Assembly (NCBI GenBank): GCA_965237905.1
Contig: OZ250172.1
Location: forward strand, 1,408,001 to 1,472,000
Origin: Nitrospinaceae bacterium
GTDB lineage: Bacteria > Nitrospinota > Nitrospinia > Nitrospinales > Nitrospinaceae
Reading direction: 5' to 3'
DNA length: 64,000 nucleotides
Made by a program: the position numbers and the translations under genes. Below, in pieces: positions 22,174 through 39,103 of this stretch (the stretch's first letter is position 1; the number at the start of each line of letters is the position of its first letter). The notes under the pieces are model-generated. The model saw only the letters and a program-made list of their open reading frames with translations, was not told where the DNA came from and did not search any database.

Positions 22174-23363
22174 TATTCCGTAATCTCACTGACGATTCCC
22201 GCGCCTACGGTGCGGCCGCCTTCACGAATCGCGAAACGCAATTCCTTGGCCATCGCCACTTCGGTGATCAATGCCACTTCAAAGGTGACGTTATCGCCGG
22301 GCATGACCATTTCGACGCCGCCGGGCAGGGTCACCACACCGGTGACGTCCGTGGTCCGGAAATAAAACTGCGGTCGGTAACCGTTAAAGAACGGCGTGTG
22401 CCGTCCACCTTCGTCCTTCGTCAGAATATACACTTCCGCTTTAAACTTTTTGTGCGGAGTGATCGATCCAGCCTTGGCGAGAACCTGTCCACGCTCAATG
22501 TCTTCCCGCTTGGTGCCGCGCAGAAGCAGACCGACGTTGTCACCCGCTTGCCCGTCATCGAGCAGTTTGCGGAACATTTCGACACCGGTGACGGTAGTTT
22601 TCGTGGTCGGACGGAATCCGACGATTTCCACTTCTTCACCGACTTTGATGACGCCCGTTTCGATACGGCCCGTTGCCACGGTACCGCGACCGGAGATACT
22701 GAAGATATCTTCGATCGGCATCAGGAACGGCTTGTCGACCGGACGCTCGGGAACCGGAATGTACTCATCCACCGCATCCATCAATTCCTGAACACTCTTG
22801 CTCTTTTCAGCATCGTCCGCGTTCTCCAGAGCCTGCAGGGCGCTGCCGCGGATGACGGGAATGTCGTCTCCGGGAAATTCATATTTGCTCAACAGTTCGC
22901 GCACTTCCAGCTCAACCAGGTCGAGCAATTCTTCATCATCCACCATGTCGCATTTATTCATGAACACGACGATCTTAGGCACACCGACCTGGCGGGCGAG
23001 CAGGATATGCTCACGCGTCTGCGGCATGGGGCCGTCGGAGGCGCTGATAACCAGGATCGCACCGTCCATCTGCGCGGCGCCGGTGATCATATTCTTAACA
23101 TAGTCCGCGTGACCGGGGCAGTCGACGTGCGCGTAATGCCGTTTTTCGGTTTGATACTCAACGTGGGCGATGGCGATGGTGATGCCGCGCTCTTTTTCTT
23201 CCGGCGCCTTATCGATCTGATCGAAAGCGATACTCTCAGCGAGCCCTTTTTTGGATAAAACTTCGGTGATGGCCGCTGTGAGCGTAGTTTTCCCGTGGTC
23301 TACGTGTCCAATGGTTCCTATATTGAGATGCGGTTTGTCTCTCACGAATTTTTCTTTAGCCAT
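22173..23363 (-). CDS. tuf: elongation factor Tu
   Basis: [21 protein letters not shown]. Confidence 0.99.
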   Translation of the reverse strand: MAKEKFVRDKPHLNIGTIGHVDHGKTTLTAAITEVLSKKGLAESIAFDQIDKAPEEKERGITIAIAHVEYQTEKRHYAHVDCPGHADYVKNMITGAAQMDGAILVISASDGPMPQTREHILLARQVGVPKIVVFMNKCDMVDDEELLDLVELEVRELLSKYEFPGDDIPVIRGSALQALENADDAEKSKSVQELMDAVDEYIPVPERPVDKPFLMPIEDIFSISGRGTVATGRIETGVIKVGEEVEIVGFRPTTKTTVTGVEMFRKLLDDGQAGDNVGLLLRGTKREDIERGQVLAKAGSITPHKKFKAEVYILTKDEGGRHTPFFNGYRPQFYFRTTDVTGVVTLPGGVEMVMPGDNVTFEVALITEVAMAKELRFAIREGGRTVGAGIVSEITE

Positions 23364-23426
23364 ACCAGTTCACTCCGTTTTTTTGTCCAATCTCAGTTTG
23401 TTTATAATGGGGTTTAAATTTTAATT

Positions 23427-25532
23427 TTATGCCGGAACCTCACTAGAGGTTCCTTTGGATTTGGCAATCAGTTCCTCAGCAATACTGTTGGGAACGACAT
23501 CGTACTTCGAAAATTCCATACTATAGTTGGCCCGACCCTGGGTCGCCGACCGTAAATCCGTCGAATATCCAAACATCCCAGCGAGTGGGGCTTCCGCGCG
23601 AATCACTTTGGCACCCGCGCGATCGCTCAATTCTTTCACTTTACCGCGCTTGGAACTCAAGTTACCAATTACATCGCCCATAAACTCTTCAGGGGTCACC
23701 ACTTCAACTTCCATGATGGGTTCCAGCAGAACGGGGCTCGCCTTTTTGCAGGCTTCCTGAAACGCAATGGACGCACAGATTTTGAACGCCATCTCCGAGG
23801 AATCCACCTCGTGATACGACCCGTCTTTCAGGGTGACCCGCACATCGACCACGGAATACCCGCAGAGGATACCGCGGTCCATCGCTTCCGTAATCCCCTT
23901 TTGAACCGCAGGGATATATTCCCTGGGAATGGATCCACCGACAATCTTGTTGACAAACTCGAAGCCTTCTCCGGCCTCGCGGGGCTCCACATAAATTTCC
24001 ACATGCCCGTACTGACCGCGGCCACCGGACTGCTTGACGTATTTGAAATCGTGTTCCACCGCTTTGGTGATGGTTTCCCTGAACGCCACCTGAGGCTTGG
24101 AGACGTTGACGTCCAACGAAAACTCCCGCCGCATGCGATCCACCAGAATCTCCAGATGGAGTTCGCCCATTCCGGAAATAACGGTTTGGTTGGTTTCGGG
24201 ATCGACTTTAACTTCGAAGGTGGGGTCTTCCTGCTGAAGCTTAATGAGACAATCGGAAAGCTTGTCCTGCTCGGGTTTGGATTTGGGTTCGATGGCTACA
24301 GAAATGACGGGTTGGGGGAAGGTAATAGCTTCCAGTACCACTGGCTTGTCTTCCGGGCAAAGCGTGTCACCGGTAAAAGTCTTTTTAAAACCGACGGCCG
24401 CGGCAATATCCCCGGCGCTGACAGATTTGACCTCCTCGCGTTTGTTGGAATGCATCCGCAACAAACGCCCGATACGTTCCCGCACGTTTTTGGTGGAGTT
24501 GTAAATATAGGAACCGCTCGTGAGCTCTCCAGAATACACCCGGAAAAAGGCCAACTGCCCAACAAAGGGATCGGTCATGATCTTGAACGCCAACGCGGAC
24601 ACCGGTTCCTTGGAATCGGCTTTGCGGGTCACTTCTTCCTGTGTGTTGGGATTGATTCCCTTGATTGCCGGCACATCGAGCGGGGAGGGTAAATACGCAG
24701 GGACCGCATCCAGCAGTTGCTGAACGCCCTTGTTCTTGAAAGAGGCCCCACACAGAATCGGCGTGAACTTCAATTCAAGAGTTCCCTTACGGATCGCGGC
24801 TTTGATTGCCTCGACAGAGACGTCCTCTCCGCCCAAATATTTTTCCATAATGCTTTCATCCATATCGGAAGCGGCCTCCATCAGCTTTTCCCGGTACTCC
24901 GCCACTTCGTCCGCCATATTATCCGGAATCGGCGTTTCTTCGAAAATCTCCCCTTTGGGGTTGTCCTTCTCCGGATACACGTAGGCCTTCATTTCCACCA
25001 AATCCACCAGTCCGATGAAATCACTTTCGGCGCCGATCGGCAACTGCAGAGGCACGGGATTAGCGCTCAACCGTTCCTTCATCTGGTTGACGCAACCCAC
25101 AAAGTTGGCTCCGGCACGGTCCATTTTATTAACGAAGCCAATTCGCGGCACATGATATTTGGTGGCCTGCCGCCAAACCGTTTCCGACTGAGGTTCCACC
25201 CCGCCGACCGCGCAGAACACACCAATGGCGCCGTCCAAGACGCGCAGGGAACGCTCCACTTCTGCAGTAAAATCCACATGACCCGGGGTGTCGATGATGT
25301 TGACCTGATGATCATTCCAGAAACAAGTGGTGGCAGCGGACGTAATGGTGATTCCCCGCTCCTGCTCTTGCTCCATCCAGTCCATGGTGGCGTTGCCATC
25401 ATGCACCTCACCCATCTTGTGACTTTTACCCGTGTAATACAGAATCCGTTCGGTGGTTGTAGTTTTCCCGGCATCGATATGCGCGATAATCCCTATATTC
25501 CGAATTTTTTCCAGACTGATTTTTTTACTCAT
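23427..25532 (-). CDS. fusA: elongation factor G
   Basis: [25 protein letters not shown]. Confidence 0.99.
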   Translation of the reverse strand: MSKKISLEKIRNIGIIAHIDAGKTTTTERILYYTGKSHKMGEVHDGNATMDWMEQEQERGITITSAATTCFWNDHQVNIIDTPGHVDFTAEVERSLRVLDGAIGVFCAVGGVEPQSETVWRQATKYHVPRIGFVNKMDRAGANFVGCVNQMKERLSANPVPLQLPIGAESDFIGLVDLVEMKAYVYPEKDNPKGEIFEETPIPDNMADEVAEYREKLMEAASDMDESIMEKYLGGEDVSVEAIKAAIRKGTLELKFTPILCGASFKNKGVQQLLDAVPAYLPSPLDVPAIKGINPNTQEEVTRKADSKEPVSALAFKIMTDPFVGQLAFFRVYSGELTSGSYIYNSTKNVRERIGRLLRMHSNKREEVKSVSAGDIAAAVGFKKTFTGDTLCPEDKPVVLEAITFPQPVISVAIEPKSKPEQDKLSDCLIKLQQEDPTFEVKVDPETNQTVISGMGELHLEILVDRMRREFSLDVNVSKPQVAFRETITKAVEHDFKYVKQSGGRGQYGHVEIYVEPREAGEGFEFVNKIVGGSIPREYIPAVQKGITEAMDRGILCGYSVVDVRVTLKDGSYHEVDSSEMAFKICASIAFQEACKKASPVLLEPIMEVEVVTPEEFMGDVIGNLSSKRGKVKELSDRAGAKVIRAEAPLAGMFGYSTDLRSATQGRANYSMEFSKYDVVPNSIAEELIAKSKGTSSEVPA

Positions 25533-25550
25533 AATCCCTTAGACCAAAAA

Positions 25551-26024
25551 TTACCAGCGATAATGCGCAAACGCTTTGTTGGCCTCGGCCATGCGGTGCA
25601 CGTCTTCTTTTTTACGAATAGCTCCCCCCGTATTATTGAAAGCGTCGAGCAGTTCTCCGGTCAACTTGTCCGCCATCGTTCTACCCGCACGCGCCTTGGC
25701 ATGAGCGATCATCCAACGAATACTCAAAGCCTGGCGACGGCTCCGGCTGACTTCCACCGGAACCTGATAGGTGGCCCCACCGACACGGCGTGACCTGACT
25801 TCCAAAACGGGAGCCGCGTTATCGATCGCCTTCTTAAAGACATCCAACGCCGACTCGTCCTTGAGTTTCTCTCCGATATTGTCCAGCGCGGTATACAACA
25901 CCCGTTCCGCCAGACTTTTTTTTCCTTTTTTCAGCAAATTATTGATGAACCGGGCCACCAGAATATCGTTAAACTTGGGATCGGGTAAAATCTGCCGCTT
26001 GTCCGCTTCTCGTCTTCGTGCCAT
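25551..26024 (-). CDS. rpsG: 30S ribosomal protein S7
   Basis: [24 protein letters not shown]. Confidence 0.98.
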   Translation of the reverse strand: MARRREADKRQILPDPKFNDILVARFINNLLKKGKKSLAERVLYTALDNIGEKLKDESALDVFKKAIDNAAPVLEVRSRRVGGATYQVPVEVSRSRRQALSIRWMIAHAKARAGRTMADKLTGELLDAFNNTGGAIRKKEDVHRMAEANKAFAHYRW

Positions 26025-26041
26025 AAATTACAACTTTCCAA

Positions 26042-26419
26042 TCAATTCTGTTTAGGCTTTTTAGCCCCGTATTTAGAACGGGATTGCTTTCGATTATCGA
26101 CACCCAAGGTATCCAGACTGCCTCGCACCACATGATACCGGACCCCGGGAAGATCCTTAACCCGGCCCCCGCGAATCAAAACAATGGAATGCTCCTGGAG
26201 ATTATGCCCCACTCCAGGGATATAGGTGGTCACTTCCATCCCGTTGGTCAAACGCACACGGGCGACCTTTCTCAGGGCCGAATTCGGCTTTTTGGGGGTC
26301 GATGTGTACACCCGAACGCAGACCCCTCTTTTTTGGGGGCACTGCTTCAAAGCCGGACTGGCTGTCTTCACTTCCGGACTTTTACGGCCCGTTTTGACTA
26401 GCTGATTTATAGTCGGCAA
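26042..26419 (-). CDS. rpsL: 30S ribosomal protein S12
   Basis: [27 protein letters not shown] start. Confidence 0.98.
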   Translation of the reverse strand: MPTINQLVKTGRKSPEVKTASPALKQCPQKRGVCVRVYTSTPKKPNSALRKVARVRLTNGMEVTTYIPGVGHNLQEHSIVLIRGGRVKDLPGVRYHVVRGSLDTLGVDNRKQSRSKYGAKKPKQN

Positions 26420-26533
26420 AATATACCTCTCTACTCAAGGGTTTCCCACCAAATACGGGAACCCCATACTTACAAAACACATTGATTTTGTTGGCGTTTT
26501 TAGATTATGCTTCCAGCAAACGGAAAGCTTTGA

Positions 26534-26561
26534 ATTTTAACACTTAACGTGCCGGAGTCAA
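26534..26561 (-). promoter_or_regulatory. putative sigma70 promoter of the str operon
   Basis: TTGACT-16 bp-TAAAAT with a TGn extended -10. Confidence 0.6.
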
Positions 26562-26577
26562 GGGCAAATTTCTAATT

Positions 26578-29500
26578 TTATTCCACTGGCGCGGTCGCTT
26601 CTTCTTCCGGTTTTTTCTCTTCCACCTCTTCAATTTCCGGTTCTTCGATCCGGATGCCGCTGTAGGCCTGGCAACCGGTACCTGCGGGAATCAATCGCCC
26701 CATAATGACATTTTCTTTCAATCCAACCAGCCGATCTTCTTTGCCGCTGACAGCCACCTCGGTCAGTACCCGGGTGGTCTCCTGGAACGACGCCGCGGAG
26801 ATGAAGCTTTCCGTACTGAGGGAGGATTTGGTGATCCCCAACAGAACGGGCATGCCCTGAGCCGGTTTGGATTTGTTTTTAATCGCTGCCTGATTCTTGG
26901 TATTAAAAACCTTCTTGGTGACCTGTTCACCTACCAGAAGGTCGGTCTCTCCGGGATCTTCCACCTGCAAATGCCTGAGCATCTGCCGCACGATGATCTC
27001 GATATGCTTGTCGTTAATGGTAACGCCCTGCAAGCGATACACTTCCTGCACTTCATTCACCAAATATTTCTGCAGTTCATTTTCACCCAGAATGCGGAGA
27101 ATATCGTGCGGGTTGGAGGCTCCATCCATCAACGGTTCGCCGGCCAGCACATCGTCGTCTTCATGGACATTGATGTGCTTTCCGCGCGGGATGAGATACT
27201 CCCGCTCTTCACCGCTATCACTAACGACCACGACCTTGCGCATTCCTTTGACGAATCCGCCAAACTTGACCTTACCATCGATTTCGGTAATGGTGGCCTG
27301 CTCGTGAGGTTTCCGCGCTTCAAACAACTCCGCGACGCGGGGCAGACCACCGGTGATGTCTTTGGTCTTGGCCGACTCACGCGGAATCTTAACAATGACG
27401 TCGCCGGCATTGATCTTGTCGCCCTCGTTTACATTAATATGGGCGCCTGCGGGAAGGAGGTACCTTCGAATCGTCTCACCTTTATCATCCTTGATCGAAA
27501 TTCGGGGCTGTTTCTTCTCGTCCCGATGACTGATGATAATCTTGGAGGACAGTCCAGTGATTTCGTCGAAATCCTCTTTCATGGTCAAACCTTCAACCAC
27601 ATCGCCGAACGCGATGGTGCCATCCACTTCCGTCAAAATGGAGTTGGTATAAGGATCCCATTCCACCAGGATCTGACTTTCCTGAACTTCCTGGCCATCA
27701 GCCACTTTCAGCTTGGCGGCATAAACGATGGAATATTTCTCCTTTTCACGCCCATTCTCATCCTGAATCAACAGATGCCCGTTACGATTCATAACAATAA
27801 TTTCGCCGCGCTGGTTTTTAATGGTGCGCAACCCTGCATATTTGACAATCCCACCTTTTTTAGTGCTCAGCGTGGTCTGCTCTACCACCCGGCTGGCTGT
27901 ACCACCGATATGGAACGTACGCATGGTCAGCTGGGTTCCGGGCTCACCGATGGATTGCGCGGCGATAACTCCAACCGGCTCGCCGATTTCAGCCCAGTCG
28001 TTGGTAGCCATATTCCGACCGTAACATTTAGCGCACAAACCCTGATGCGATTCGCATGTCAGGTTGGACCGAATCCGTACCTTTTCGATACCCGCATTTT
28101 CGATGATCTCAATCGCTTCTTCATCGATCATGGAGTTGGCCTTGATCAACACGGTGTCGGTAAACGGATCGACAATATCTTCCAAAGCGGTTCGTCCCAA
28201 AATACGCTCAGACAAGGGCTGGATAATTTCTCCCGCTTCCACAAGCGAAAAGATATCAATGCCGCGCAAAGTCCCACAATCGTCTTCCAGAATAATGATG
28301 TCCTGCGCCACATCCACCAGACGCCGCGTCAGGTAACCGGAGTTTGCGGTTTTAAGCGCTGTATCCGCCAACCCTTTCCGCGCACCATGCGTAGAGATAA
28401 AATACTGAATTACTGACAACCCTTCACGAAAATTCGCGGTAATGGGGGTTTCGATAATTTCACCGGAGGGCTTGGCCATCAAACCGCGCATTCCAGCCAA
28501 CTGCCGCAACTGCTGGGAACTGCCGCGGGCGCCGGAATCGGCCATAATGAAAATGGAGTTGAAGTCTTTCTTATCTTCACCTTTAACGATCCGCTCGTCT
28601 TCGGTTTCCAGTTCCCGGAACATTTCATCGGAAACTTTCTCGGTGACGTGCGCCCAAATGTCAATTACCTTGTTATAACGTTCGCCGTTGGTGATCAAAC
28701 CGTCGCGGTACTGCTTGTACACTTTCAGCACCTCGTCCTCGGCTTTCTGGACCAGTGATACTTTTGCTTTCGGAATCCGCATGTGGTCAATGGAGATGGA
28801 AAGACCGGCTTCGGTGGCGTACTTGAATCCCAATTCCTTAACGGCATCCAGAAGCGCAACCGTCTTTTCCCGCCCAACTTCTTTGAACGAGACACCAATC
28901 AATTCGGAAAGGGATTTTTTGTTCATCTCCTGGTTGACCAGAGAAAAAGGCAACTCTTTCGGTGTCACTTCATATAGAAGGATCCGGCCAGTAGTGGTCA
29001 CTTCCAGTTGACCGTTCAGCTGGATCATGATCCGAGCCTGCAAATCCAATTCATCATGGTCATACGCCATACGAACTTCCCTGAGCCCGGAAAACACTTT
29101 TCCTTCCCCGCGCGCGCCGCCGCGGATTTTGGTCATATAGTAACCGCCCAGAACGATATCCTGACTGGGCACGGCGATGGGTCGTCCGTTGGAGGGTGAC
29201 AACACGTTGTTGTGCGCCATCATGAGTAGCTTGGCTTCCACCTGCGCTTCCATGGACAACGGTACATGCACCGCCATCTGGTCGCCATCGAAATCCGCGT
29301 TGAAGGCGGTGCACACCAGCGGATGAACGCGGATGGCCTTGCCTTCGATCAGAATGGGCTCGAATGCCTGGATACCCAGACGATGCAAGGTGGGAGCGCG
29401 GTTCAAGAGAATGGGATGCTTCTGAACCACTTCCTCCAGCACCTCCCATACTTCGGAACGCTCCTGCTCCACCATTTTTTTGGCGGTTTTGATGGTAGAG

Positions 29501-30669
29501 GCATAACCTTTTTGCTCCAGCCGGTTGAAGATGAACGGCTTGAACAGTTCCAGCGCCATTTTCTTGGGCAATCCGCACTGATGCAGTTTCAACTCAGGAC
29601 CCACCACGATAACGGAACGCCCGGAATAATCCACGCGTTTCCCCAACAGGTTCTGCCGGAAACGGCCCTGCTTGCCCTTAAGCATGTCACTCAGAGATTT
29701 CAAGGGACGCTTGTTGGTTCCACGCAGGGTACGACCGCGCCGGCCGTTGTCAAACAAAGCCGAAACGGCTTCCTGCAACATACGTTTTTCGTTGCGGATG
29801 ATGATCTGCGGCGCTTTCAGTTCCTGCAGGCGTTTCAACCGGTTATTTCGGTTGATGACGCGGCGGTACAAATCATTGAGATCGGAGGTCGCAAATCGGC
29901 CGCCATCCAGGGGGACCAGAGGACGCAGTTCCGGTGGAATGACCGGGACGACTTGCAGAATCATCCATTCCGGTTTGTTTCCGGATTTACGGAACGCTTC
30001 GACAATTTTCAACCGCTTCGAAAATTTACGCTTATTCAGAACGGAGGCGGTTTTGAGCAGATCCTCCTGCAATTTGGCCGCTAACGCATCGAGGTCCAGG
30101 TTCTTCAACAGCTCCATCACCGCTTCGGAACCGACCATGGTTTTCAATCTGTGCGGAAATTCAATTTCCGCTTCCCGGTATTCCGCTTCCGTCAGCAGTT
30201 GACCTTCTTTAAAGTCGGATTCACCGGGATCGATCACCACATAGTTTTCAAAATAGATGATGCGTTCCAGCTCTTTAAGGCTGAGGTCCAAGATATGACC
30301 GATCCGGCTGGGCAGTCCCTTGAAAAACCAGATATGGGCTACGGGGCTGGCGAGCTCGATATGGCCCAGCCGCTCCCGGCGCACTTTGGACAGGATGACT
30401 TCGACTCCGCATTTTTCACAAATAACTCCCTTGTGTTTCATGCGTTTATATTTACCGCAATTGCATTCCCAGTCCTTTACCGGACCAAAAATCTTGGCGC
30501 AGAACAACCCGTCCCGTTCCGGCTTGAAGGTCCGGTAATTGATAGTCTCGGGTTTCTTGACTTCACCGTAGGACCAGGACCGGATTTTCCCCGGAGAGGC
30601 CAGTCGGATGCGCATGGCATCAAACATAATCGGATTTTTGGGTTTTTCAAAAAAATTCAGGTTATCCAC
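26578..30669 (-). CDS. rpoC: RNA polymerase beta' subunit
   Basis: NADFDGDQM catalytic loop, N-terminal Zn motif, trigger-loop insertion. Confidence 0.99.
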   Translation of the reverse strand: MDNLNFFEKPKNPIMFDAMRIRLASPGKIRSWSYGEVKKPETINYRTFKPERDGLFCAKIFGPVKDWECNCGKYKRMKHKGVICEKCGVEVILSKVRRERLGHIELASPVAHIWFFKGLPSRIGHILDLSLKELERIIYFENYVVIDPGESDFKEGQLLTEAEYREAEIEFPHRLKTMVGSEAVMELLKNLDLDALAAKLQEDLLKTASVLNKRKFSKRLKIVEAFRKSGNKPEWMILQVVPVIPPELRPLVPLDGGRFATSDLNDLYRRVINRNNRLKRLQELKAPQIIIRNEKRMLQEAVSALFDNGRRGRTLRGTNKRPLKSLSDMLKGKQGRFRQNLLGKRVDYSGRSVIVVGPELKLHQCGLPKKMALELFKPFIFNRLEQKGYASTIKTAKKMVEQERSEVWEVLEEVVQKHPILLNRAPTLHRLGIQAFEPILIEGKAIRVHPLVCTAFNADFDGDQMAVHVPLSMEAQVEAKLLMMAHNNVLSPSNGRPIAVPSQDIVLGGYYMTKIRGGARGEGKVFSGLREVRMAYDHDELDLQARIMIQLNGQLEVTTTGRILLYEVTPKELPFSLVNQEMNKKSLSELIGVSFKEVGREKTVALLDAVKELGFKYATEAGLSISIDHMRIPKAKVSLVQKAEDEVLKVYKQYRDGLITNGERYNKVIDIWAHVTEKVSDEMFRELETEDERIVKGEDKKDFNSIFIMADSGARGSSQQLRQLAGMRGLMAKPSGEIIETPITANFREGLSVIQYFISTHGARKGLADTALKTANSGYLTRRLVDVAQDIIILEDDCGTLRGIDIFSLVEAGEIIQPLSERILGRTALEDIVDPFTDTVLIKANSMIDEEAIEIIENAGIEKVRIRSNLTCESHQGLCAKCYGRNMATNDWAEIGEPVGVIAAQSIGEPGTQLTMRTFHIGGTASRVVEQTTLSTKKGGIVKYAGLRTIKNQRGEIIVMNRNGHLLIQDENGREKEKYSIVYAAKLKVADGQEVQESQILVEWDPYTNSILTEVDGTIAFGDVVEGLTMKEDFDEITGLSSKIIISHRDEKKQPRISIKDDKGETIRRYLLPAGAHINVNEGDKINAGDVIVKIPRESAKTKDITGGLPRVAELFEARKPHEQATITEIDGKVKFGGFVKGMRKVVVVSDSGEEREYLIPRGKHINVHEDDDVLAGEPLMDGASNPHDILRILGENELQKYLVNEVQEVYRLQGVTINDKHIEIIVRQMLRHLQVEDPGETDLLVGEQVTKKVFNTKNQAAIKNKSKPAQGMPVLLGITKSSLSTESFISAASFQETTRVLTEVAVSGKEDRLVGLKENVIMGRLIPAGTGCQAYSGIRIEEPEIEEVEEKKPEEEATAPVE

Positions 30670-30744
30670 AAGCGTGGTCTCCTAAAATAAAGTTTATAGA
30701 AATAAGACCCAATAAACTTGAGCCGCCTGCTAAGGCGTGATCGC

Positions 30745-34950
<4,206 letters not shown>

Positions 34951-35023
34951 AAGGTTTTAGATTCCCTTGGGTTGAATTAATAAACGCCTGCCAAAAACAA
35001 ATGTAAATCCGCACGAGACCGCG

Positions 35024-35398
35024 TTACTTGATCTCGACAGACCCACCCGCCGCTTCGATCTTTGCCTTGATCTCGTCGGCTTCTTCTTTTTTGACACCCT
35101 CCTTGACTGCTTTCGGGGCACCCTCTACCAGGTCTTTAGCGTCTTTCAAACCCAAGTTGGTGATTCCACGCACTTCTTTAATCACCTGAATCTTTTTGTC
35201 ACCTATAGCGGTGAGAATAACATCAAACTCGGTCTTTTCTTCAGCCACGGCGGCCTCTCCACCCGGCGCGGCGGCCATCATGGTCGGCGCAGCGGCAGTG
35301 ACCCCATACTTGTCCTCCAATTCTTTGACAAATTCGGACATCTCCAGAACCGACATACCGTCGATGAAAGAAACAACATCGTCCTTCGTTACAGCCAT
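35024..35398 (-). CDS. rplL: 50S ribosomal protein L7/L12
   Basis: [24 protein letters not shown]. Confidence 0.98.
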   Translation of the reverse strand: MAVTKDDVVSFIDGMSVLEMSEFVKELEDKYGVTAAAPTMMAAAPGGEAAVAEEKTEFDVILTAIGDKKIQVIKEVRGITNLGLKDAKDLVEGAPKAVKEGVKKEEADEIKAKIEAAGGSVEIK

Positions 35399-35475
35399 CT
35401 CGAACTCCTTTCAACTTAAAATCAAAACAAAACGTTTATAAAATATACCTCAGCCCTTTGACCGCCCTTATTCGG

Positions 35476-36003
35476 TCAACCCTGGGCTTTTTTATCCTTG
35501 ATTGCATCCAGCGTTCCCACCAACTTGCGCAACAGGGCGCTGAACACACCCACAAAGTTGGTGGTGGGTCCGTTCATGACGGACAACAGCTGGGAAAGCA
35601 AAACTTCTTTTGAAGGCAGATCGGCCAGCGCCTTGACTTCCGCCGGCGATACCTGCTTCCCTTCAACAATTCCAGCCACCACATCGGGGCTTTTCTCGAC
35701 ACCCGACTTGGCATAATCGGAAAGAGCCTTGGCGGGAGCCACCGCGTCATCAAAACTCACCAATAGAGAAACGGGGCCCTTAAAATCGTTTTCCAAAACC
35801 TCCAGAGGCGTGTTCTTCACTGCTTTCCGGGCCAGGGTATTTTTAATCACCCGAAAACCCACGGCACGCTCTCTCATATGCGTACGAAGTGCTGTCATAT
35901 TCTCCGCCGAAATACCATGATAGTGCGTCAGGAGCGCAGACTTGGCACGGGTGAATACGTCGTTCAATTCATCAATAGTTTTCTGTTTCACTGGTGTAGG
36001 CAA
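35476..36003 (-). CDS. rplJ: 50S ribosomal protein L10
   Basis: VIKNTLAR, LADLPSKEVLL; position between rplA and rplL. Confidence 0.96.
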   Translation of the reverse strand: MPTPVKQKTIDELNDVFTRAKSALLTHYHGISAENMTALRTHMRERAVGFRVIKNTLARKAVKNTPLEVLENDFKGPVSLLVSFDDAVAPAKALSDYAKSGVEKSPDVVAGIVEGKQVSPAEVKALADLPSKEVLLSQLLSVMNGPTTNFVGVFSALLRKLVGTLDAIKDKKAQG

Positions 36004-36068
36004 AATCCCAATCCTTTCTTAACGAAATCCATAACACTGAAAATTTTTTATTCCTCTCAAAGTGACGG

Positions 36069-36755
36069 CTATGCCGAATACGCCACCTTGATTCCCGGTC
36101 CCATAGTGGTAGACAACGAAATGCCCTTAATATAATGCCCCTTCGCGGTCGACGGTTTCATCTTGACCAGAGTACCCATAAATTCATTGAAATTTGCGGC
36201 CAAATCCTCTACTGAAAAACTGGCTTTCCCGACAGAGGCATGAATGATTCCGGCCTTGTCCACCCGGAAATCGACCTTACCCGCCTGAATCTGTTCGATA
36301 GCCTGCTTGACATCAAAGGTAACGGTTCCGGTTTTGGGATTGGGCATCAGCCCCCTCGGTCCAAGAACCTTGCCGAGCTTACCCACCGTTCCCATCATGT
36401 CCGGAGTCGCAACCACGCGGTCGAAATCCGTCCAACCCTCCTGGATTTTCTTGACCAGATCGTCGTTGCCGACAAATTCAGCGCCGGCATCCTTCGCTTC
36501 TTTTTCTTTTTCACCTTTAGCGAATACCAAAATCCGGAATTTTTCCCCGGTTCCCTTGGGCAACACCACACTGCCGCGGATATTCTGATCGGCTTTCCGG
36601 GGGTCTACCCCCAAGTTCACCGCAACATCCACAGACGCATCGAATTTCATGGTCGCGCCTTCTTTGGCCAGACCGAGCGCTTCATTCAATTCGTAATTTT
36701 TGAGGCGTTCAATTTTTTTCGCCAAGGCATTATATTTTTTTCCACGCTTTGCCAT
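36069..36755 (-). CDS. rplA: 50S ribosomal protein L1
   Basis: [18 protein letters not shown]. Confidence 0.98.
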   Translation of the reverse strand: MAKRGKKYNALAKKIERLKNYELNEALGLAKEGATMKFDASVDVAVNLGVDPRKADQNIRGSVVLPKGTGEKFRILVFAKGEKEKEAKDAGAEFVGNDDLVKKIQEGWTDFDRVVATPDMMGTVGKLGKVLGPRGLMPNPKTGTVTFDVKQAIEQIQAGKVDFRVDKAGIIHASVGKASFSVEDLAANFNEFMGTLVKMKPSTAKGHYIKGISLSTTMGPGIKVAYSA

Positions 36756-36776
36756 ACTTCCTTATCCTTCCTGAAA

Positions 36777-37202
36777 CTAACCTTCGACTGTGATGCCCAT
36801 GCTATGAGCGGACCCTTCGATAATCTTCATGGCGGCTTCAACATTAAAGGCGTTCAAATCTGCTTTTTTGATTTCGGCGATTTCCTTGACCTGCTCACGG
36901 GTCACCTTCCCCACGTTTTCCTTACTGGGATTGGACGATCCCTTGGCAATGCCCGCCGCCCGCTTCAACAGAACCGATGCCGGCGGAGACTTGGTGATAA
37001 AGGTAAAACTCTTGTCCTCATAAACAGATATCACTACAGGAATGATCATCCCCTCCTGGCCCTGCGTTCCCGCATTAAACGCCTTGCAGAAATCCATGAT
37101 GTTGACCCCGGCCTGACCCAACGCGGGCCCTACTGGAGGCGAAGGAGTGGCCTGTCCTGCAGGAATCTGCAATTTAACCTGACCTGTAACTTTTTTTGCC
37201 AT
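36777..37202 (-). CDS. rplK: 50S ribosomal protein L11
   Basis: [16 protein letters not shown]. Confidence 0.98.
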   Translation of the reverse strand: MAKKVTGQVKLQIPAGQATPSPPVGPALGQAGVNIMDFCKAFNAGTQGQEGMIIPVVISVYEDKSFTFITKSPPASVLLKRAAGIAKGSSNPSKENVGKVTREQVKEIAEIKKADLNAFNVEAAMKIIEGSAHSMGITVEG

Positions 37203-37234
37203 GCTTCACATACCTTCCAAGACTGCTTTTAAAA

Positions 37235-38053
37235 TTACACGCGCTCGATCTGAGGAAACTCCAATTCCACCGGGGTGGCCCGGCCGAAAATCGATACCAT
37301 GACCTTGACCTTACCCTTGTCGGGATTGACTTCGTCCACCACGCCGTTGAAATTCATGAACGGACCTTCGATCACCCGCACATTTTCTCCCTTTTCGAAA
37401 ATAAATTTCGGCTTGGGAGTTTTCGCCTCACCCTTGATCTGATCCATGACATCCTTGACTTCGGCCGCCGTTAAAGGCGCGGGCGTCGCTCCACCGGGAA
37501 ACCCAGTAACCTTGGACGTATTTTTAATCAGATACCAGATGTCCTGATCCATTTCGACGCTGATCAAAACATAACCCGGATAAAACTTGCGAGAACTGAT
37601 CTTCTTTTTACCGCCCCGGATCTCGACTACTTCTTCCGTGGGAATAATAATATCTCCCAATTTGTCGGTTAAGCCGGCATGGGCAAACCGCTCTTCCAGA
37701 CTCAACTTGACCTTGTTTTCAAAACCGGAGTACGTATGAATGACATACCATTGCTTGGCGGAATCCTGCTCAGCCGCTACACTTTCCTCTGTGACCTCAG
37801 CGCTCTCTTCTGCGGTCACACTATCTTCTTCCTGGGGCGTGGCGACCTCTTCTTCGACCACAGCCTGGGCCACGGCACTCTCTTCCTCAACCACAGCATT
37901 CTCTTCTTTGATCACATTATTTTCTTCTTGGGTTGCGGGGCTTTCTTCTTCAGTCATTTTATTTTCTTCTTGAGTTGCAGGACCCTCTTCTTTGGTCACG
38001 GCACTTTCTTCTTTATCTACGCCATTTTCTTCATTGGTCACGTCACTCTCCAT
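37235..38053 (-). CDS. nusG: transcription factor NusG with an acidic N-terminal extension
   Basis: [20 protein letters not shown] domain GPF...[13 protein letters not shown] lies 2 nt after the secE stop. Confidence 0.96.
   Translation of the reverse strand: MESDVTNEENGVDKEESAVTKEEGPATQEENKMTEEESPATQEENNVIKEENAVVEEESAVAQAVVEEEVATPQEEDSVTAEESAEVTEESVAAEQDSAKQWYVIHTYSGFENKVKLSLEERFAHAGLTDKLGDIIIPTEEVVEIRGGKKKISSRKFYPGYVLISVEMDQDIWYLIKNTSKVTGFPGGATPAPLTAAEVKDVMDQIKGEAKTPKPKFIFEKGENVRVIEGPFMNFNGVVDEVNPDKGKVKVMVSIFGRATPVELEFPQIERV
37760..38041 (-). repeat. degenerate 21-nt (7-aa) tandem repeat, about 12 copies, inside nusG
   Basis: [56 protein letters not shown]... Confidence 0.8.
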
Positions 38054-38055
38054 AA

Positions 38056-38244
38056 TTAACTTGCAATCAATGCCTCTACAATTTTGGAAAGGAGCGTGTC
38101 AACGATCCCCAGAAAAATGGACACGATAACCACCACCACCACAACCACCATGGTTCCACCCATGGCATCCTTACGGGAGGGCCAAGTGACTTTCTTGACC
38201 TCGACCTTAACCTCACCTAAAAAATCTTTTGCTTTTCCCAGCAT
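38056..38244 (-). CDS. secE: preprotein translocase SecE
   Basis: EVKKVTWPS followed by one TM segment; start corrected to the ATG at 38244. Confidence 0.96.
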   Translation of the reverse strand: MLGKAKDFLGEVKVEVKKVTWPSRKDAMGGTMVVVVVVVIVSIFLGIVDTLLSKIVEALIAS

Positions 38245-38270
38245 GGCTTCCACGCGTCTCAAAATATATA

Positions 38271-38344
38271 CAGGCCAGGAGGGACTCGAACCCCCAACAT
38301 CCAGATTTGGAGTCTGGCGCTCTACCAATTAGAGCTACTGGCCT
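38271..38344 (-). tRNA. tRNA-Trp(CCA), 3'-CCA not encoded
   Basis: AGGCCAGTAGCTC...CTCCAAA...GGTTCGAGTCC...CTGGCCTG cloverleaf. Confidence 0.95.
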
Positions 38345-38452
38345 ATTCAACTCTGTTCATAACAAGGCCAACTCAGGTTGGGAACACCCGGCCAAAAAAC
38401 GGTTCGCCTGATTCACTGGCATCCGGCCAGGTCGTCGACAACCGCTGATCCT

Positions 38453-38602
38453 TTACTTGGTTTCTTTGTGAGGAGTGTGCTTTCGGCAAAACCGGCAATA
38501 CTTTTTAAACTCCAGTCGATCCGTAGTTTTTTTCTTGTTCTTCGTAGTGGAATAGTTCCTACGCTTACACTCACCGCATGCCAAATGAATAATGTCCCTC
38601 AT
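38453..38602 (-). CDS. rpmG: 50S ribosomal protein L33 (Zn-binding)
   Basis: Read by hand: [49 protein letters not shown]. Confidence 0.96.
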   Translation of the reverse strand: MRDIIHLACGECKRRNYSTTKNKKKTTDRLEFKKYCRFCRKHTPHKETK

Positions 38603-38698
38603 CGCCCTAAACCCGTTCCCGGCCCGCTCCAAACAGACCTGACATTACTTCCGTTAAACCATCCAAGACTAGCCCAACCGTCCTTAATCAATTGATTA

Positions 38699-38773
38699 TG
38701 GAGCCCACGATCGGGATTGAACCGATGACCTCTTCCTTACCAAGGAAGTGCTCCACCACTGAGCTACGTGGGC
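38699..38773 (-). tRNA. tRNA-Thr(GGT)
   Basis: GCCCACG...TTGGTAA...GGTTCAATCC...CGTGGGCTCCA. Confidence 0.96.
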
Positions 38774-38824
38774 ATTTTTATGTCAACGATTCACCAATAC
38801 CCCGAATCCCAAAGGGTTGTACCT

Positions 38825-38901
38825 TGGAGCGGGAAAAGGGACTCGAACCCTCGACCCTCAGCTTGGAAGGCTGACGCTCTAGCCAACTGAGCTATTCCCG
38901 C
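38825..38901 (-). tRNA. tRNA-Gly(TCC)
   Basis: GCGGGAA...CTTCCAA...GGTTCGAGTCC...TTCCCGCTCCA. Confidence 0.96.
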
Positions 38902-38916
38902 ATATTTTATAATTAA

Positions 38917-39001
38917 TGGTGGGGAGAGGAGGATTCGAACCTCCGAAGGCTGAGCCGACAGATTTACAGTCTGTTCCCTTTGGCCACTCGGGAATCTCCC
39001 C
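38917..39001 (-). tRNA. tRNA-Tyr(GTA)
   Basis: GGGGAGA...CTGTAAA, long variable arm, ...TCTCCCCACCA. Confidence 0.96.
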
Positions 39002-39103
39002 AGCTTCTGGAGGTATCTACCCCCCTGCTATGTAAACTCGCTATAGAAAAACCCCTGACCCAACAGGCCGCACCCCAACGCCAACACCCTATAAAATAAA
39101 AAA

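Noticed and set aside
38245..38328. Extended SecE N-terminus in the ORF track
   Set aside because: Runs through the tRNA-Trp gene
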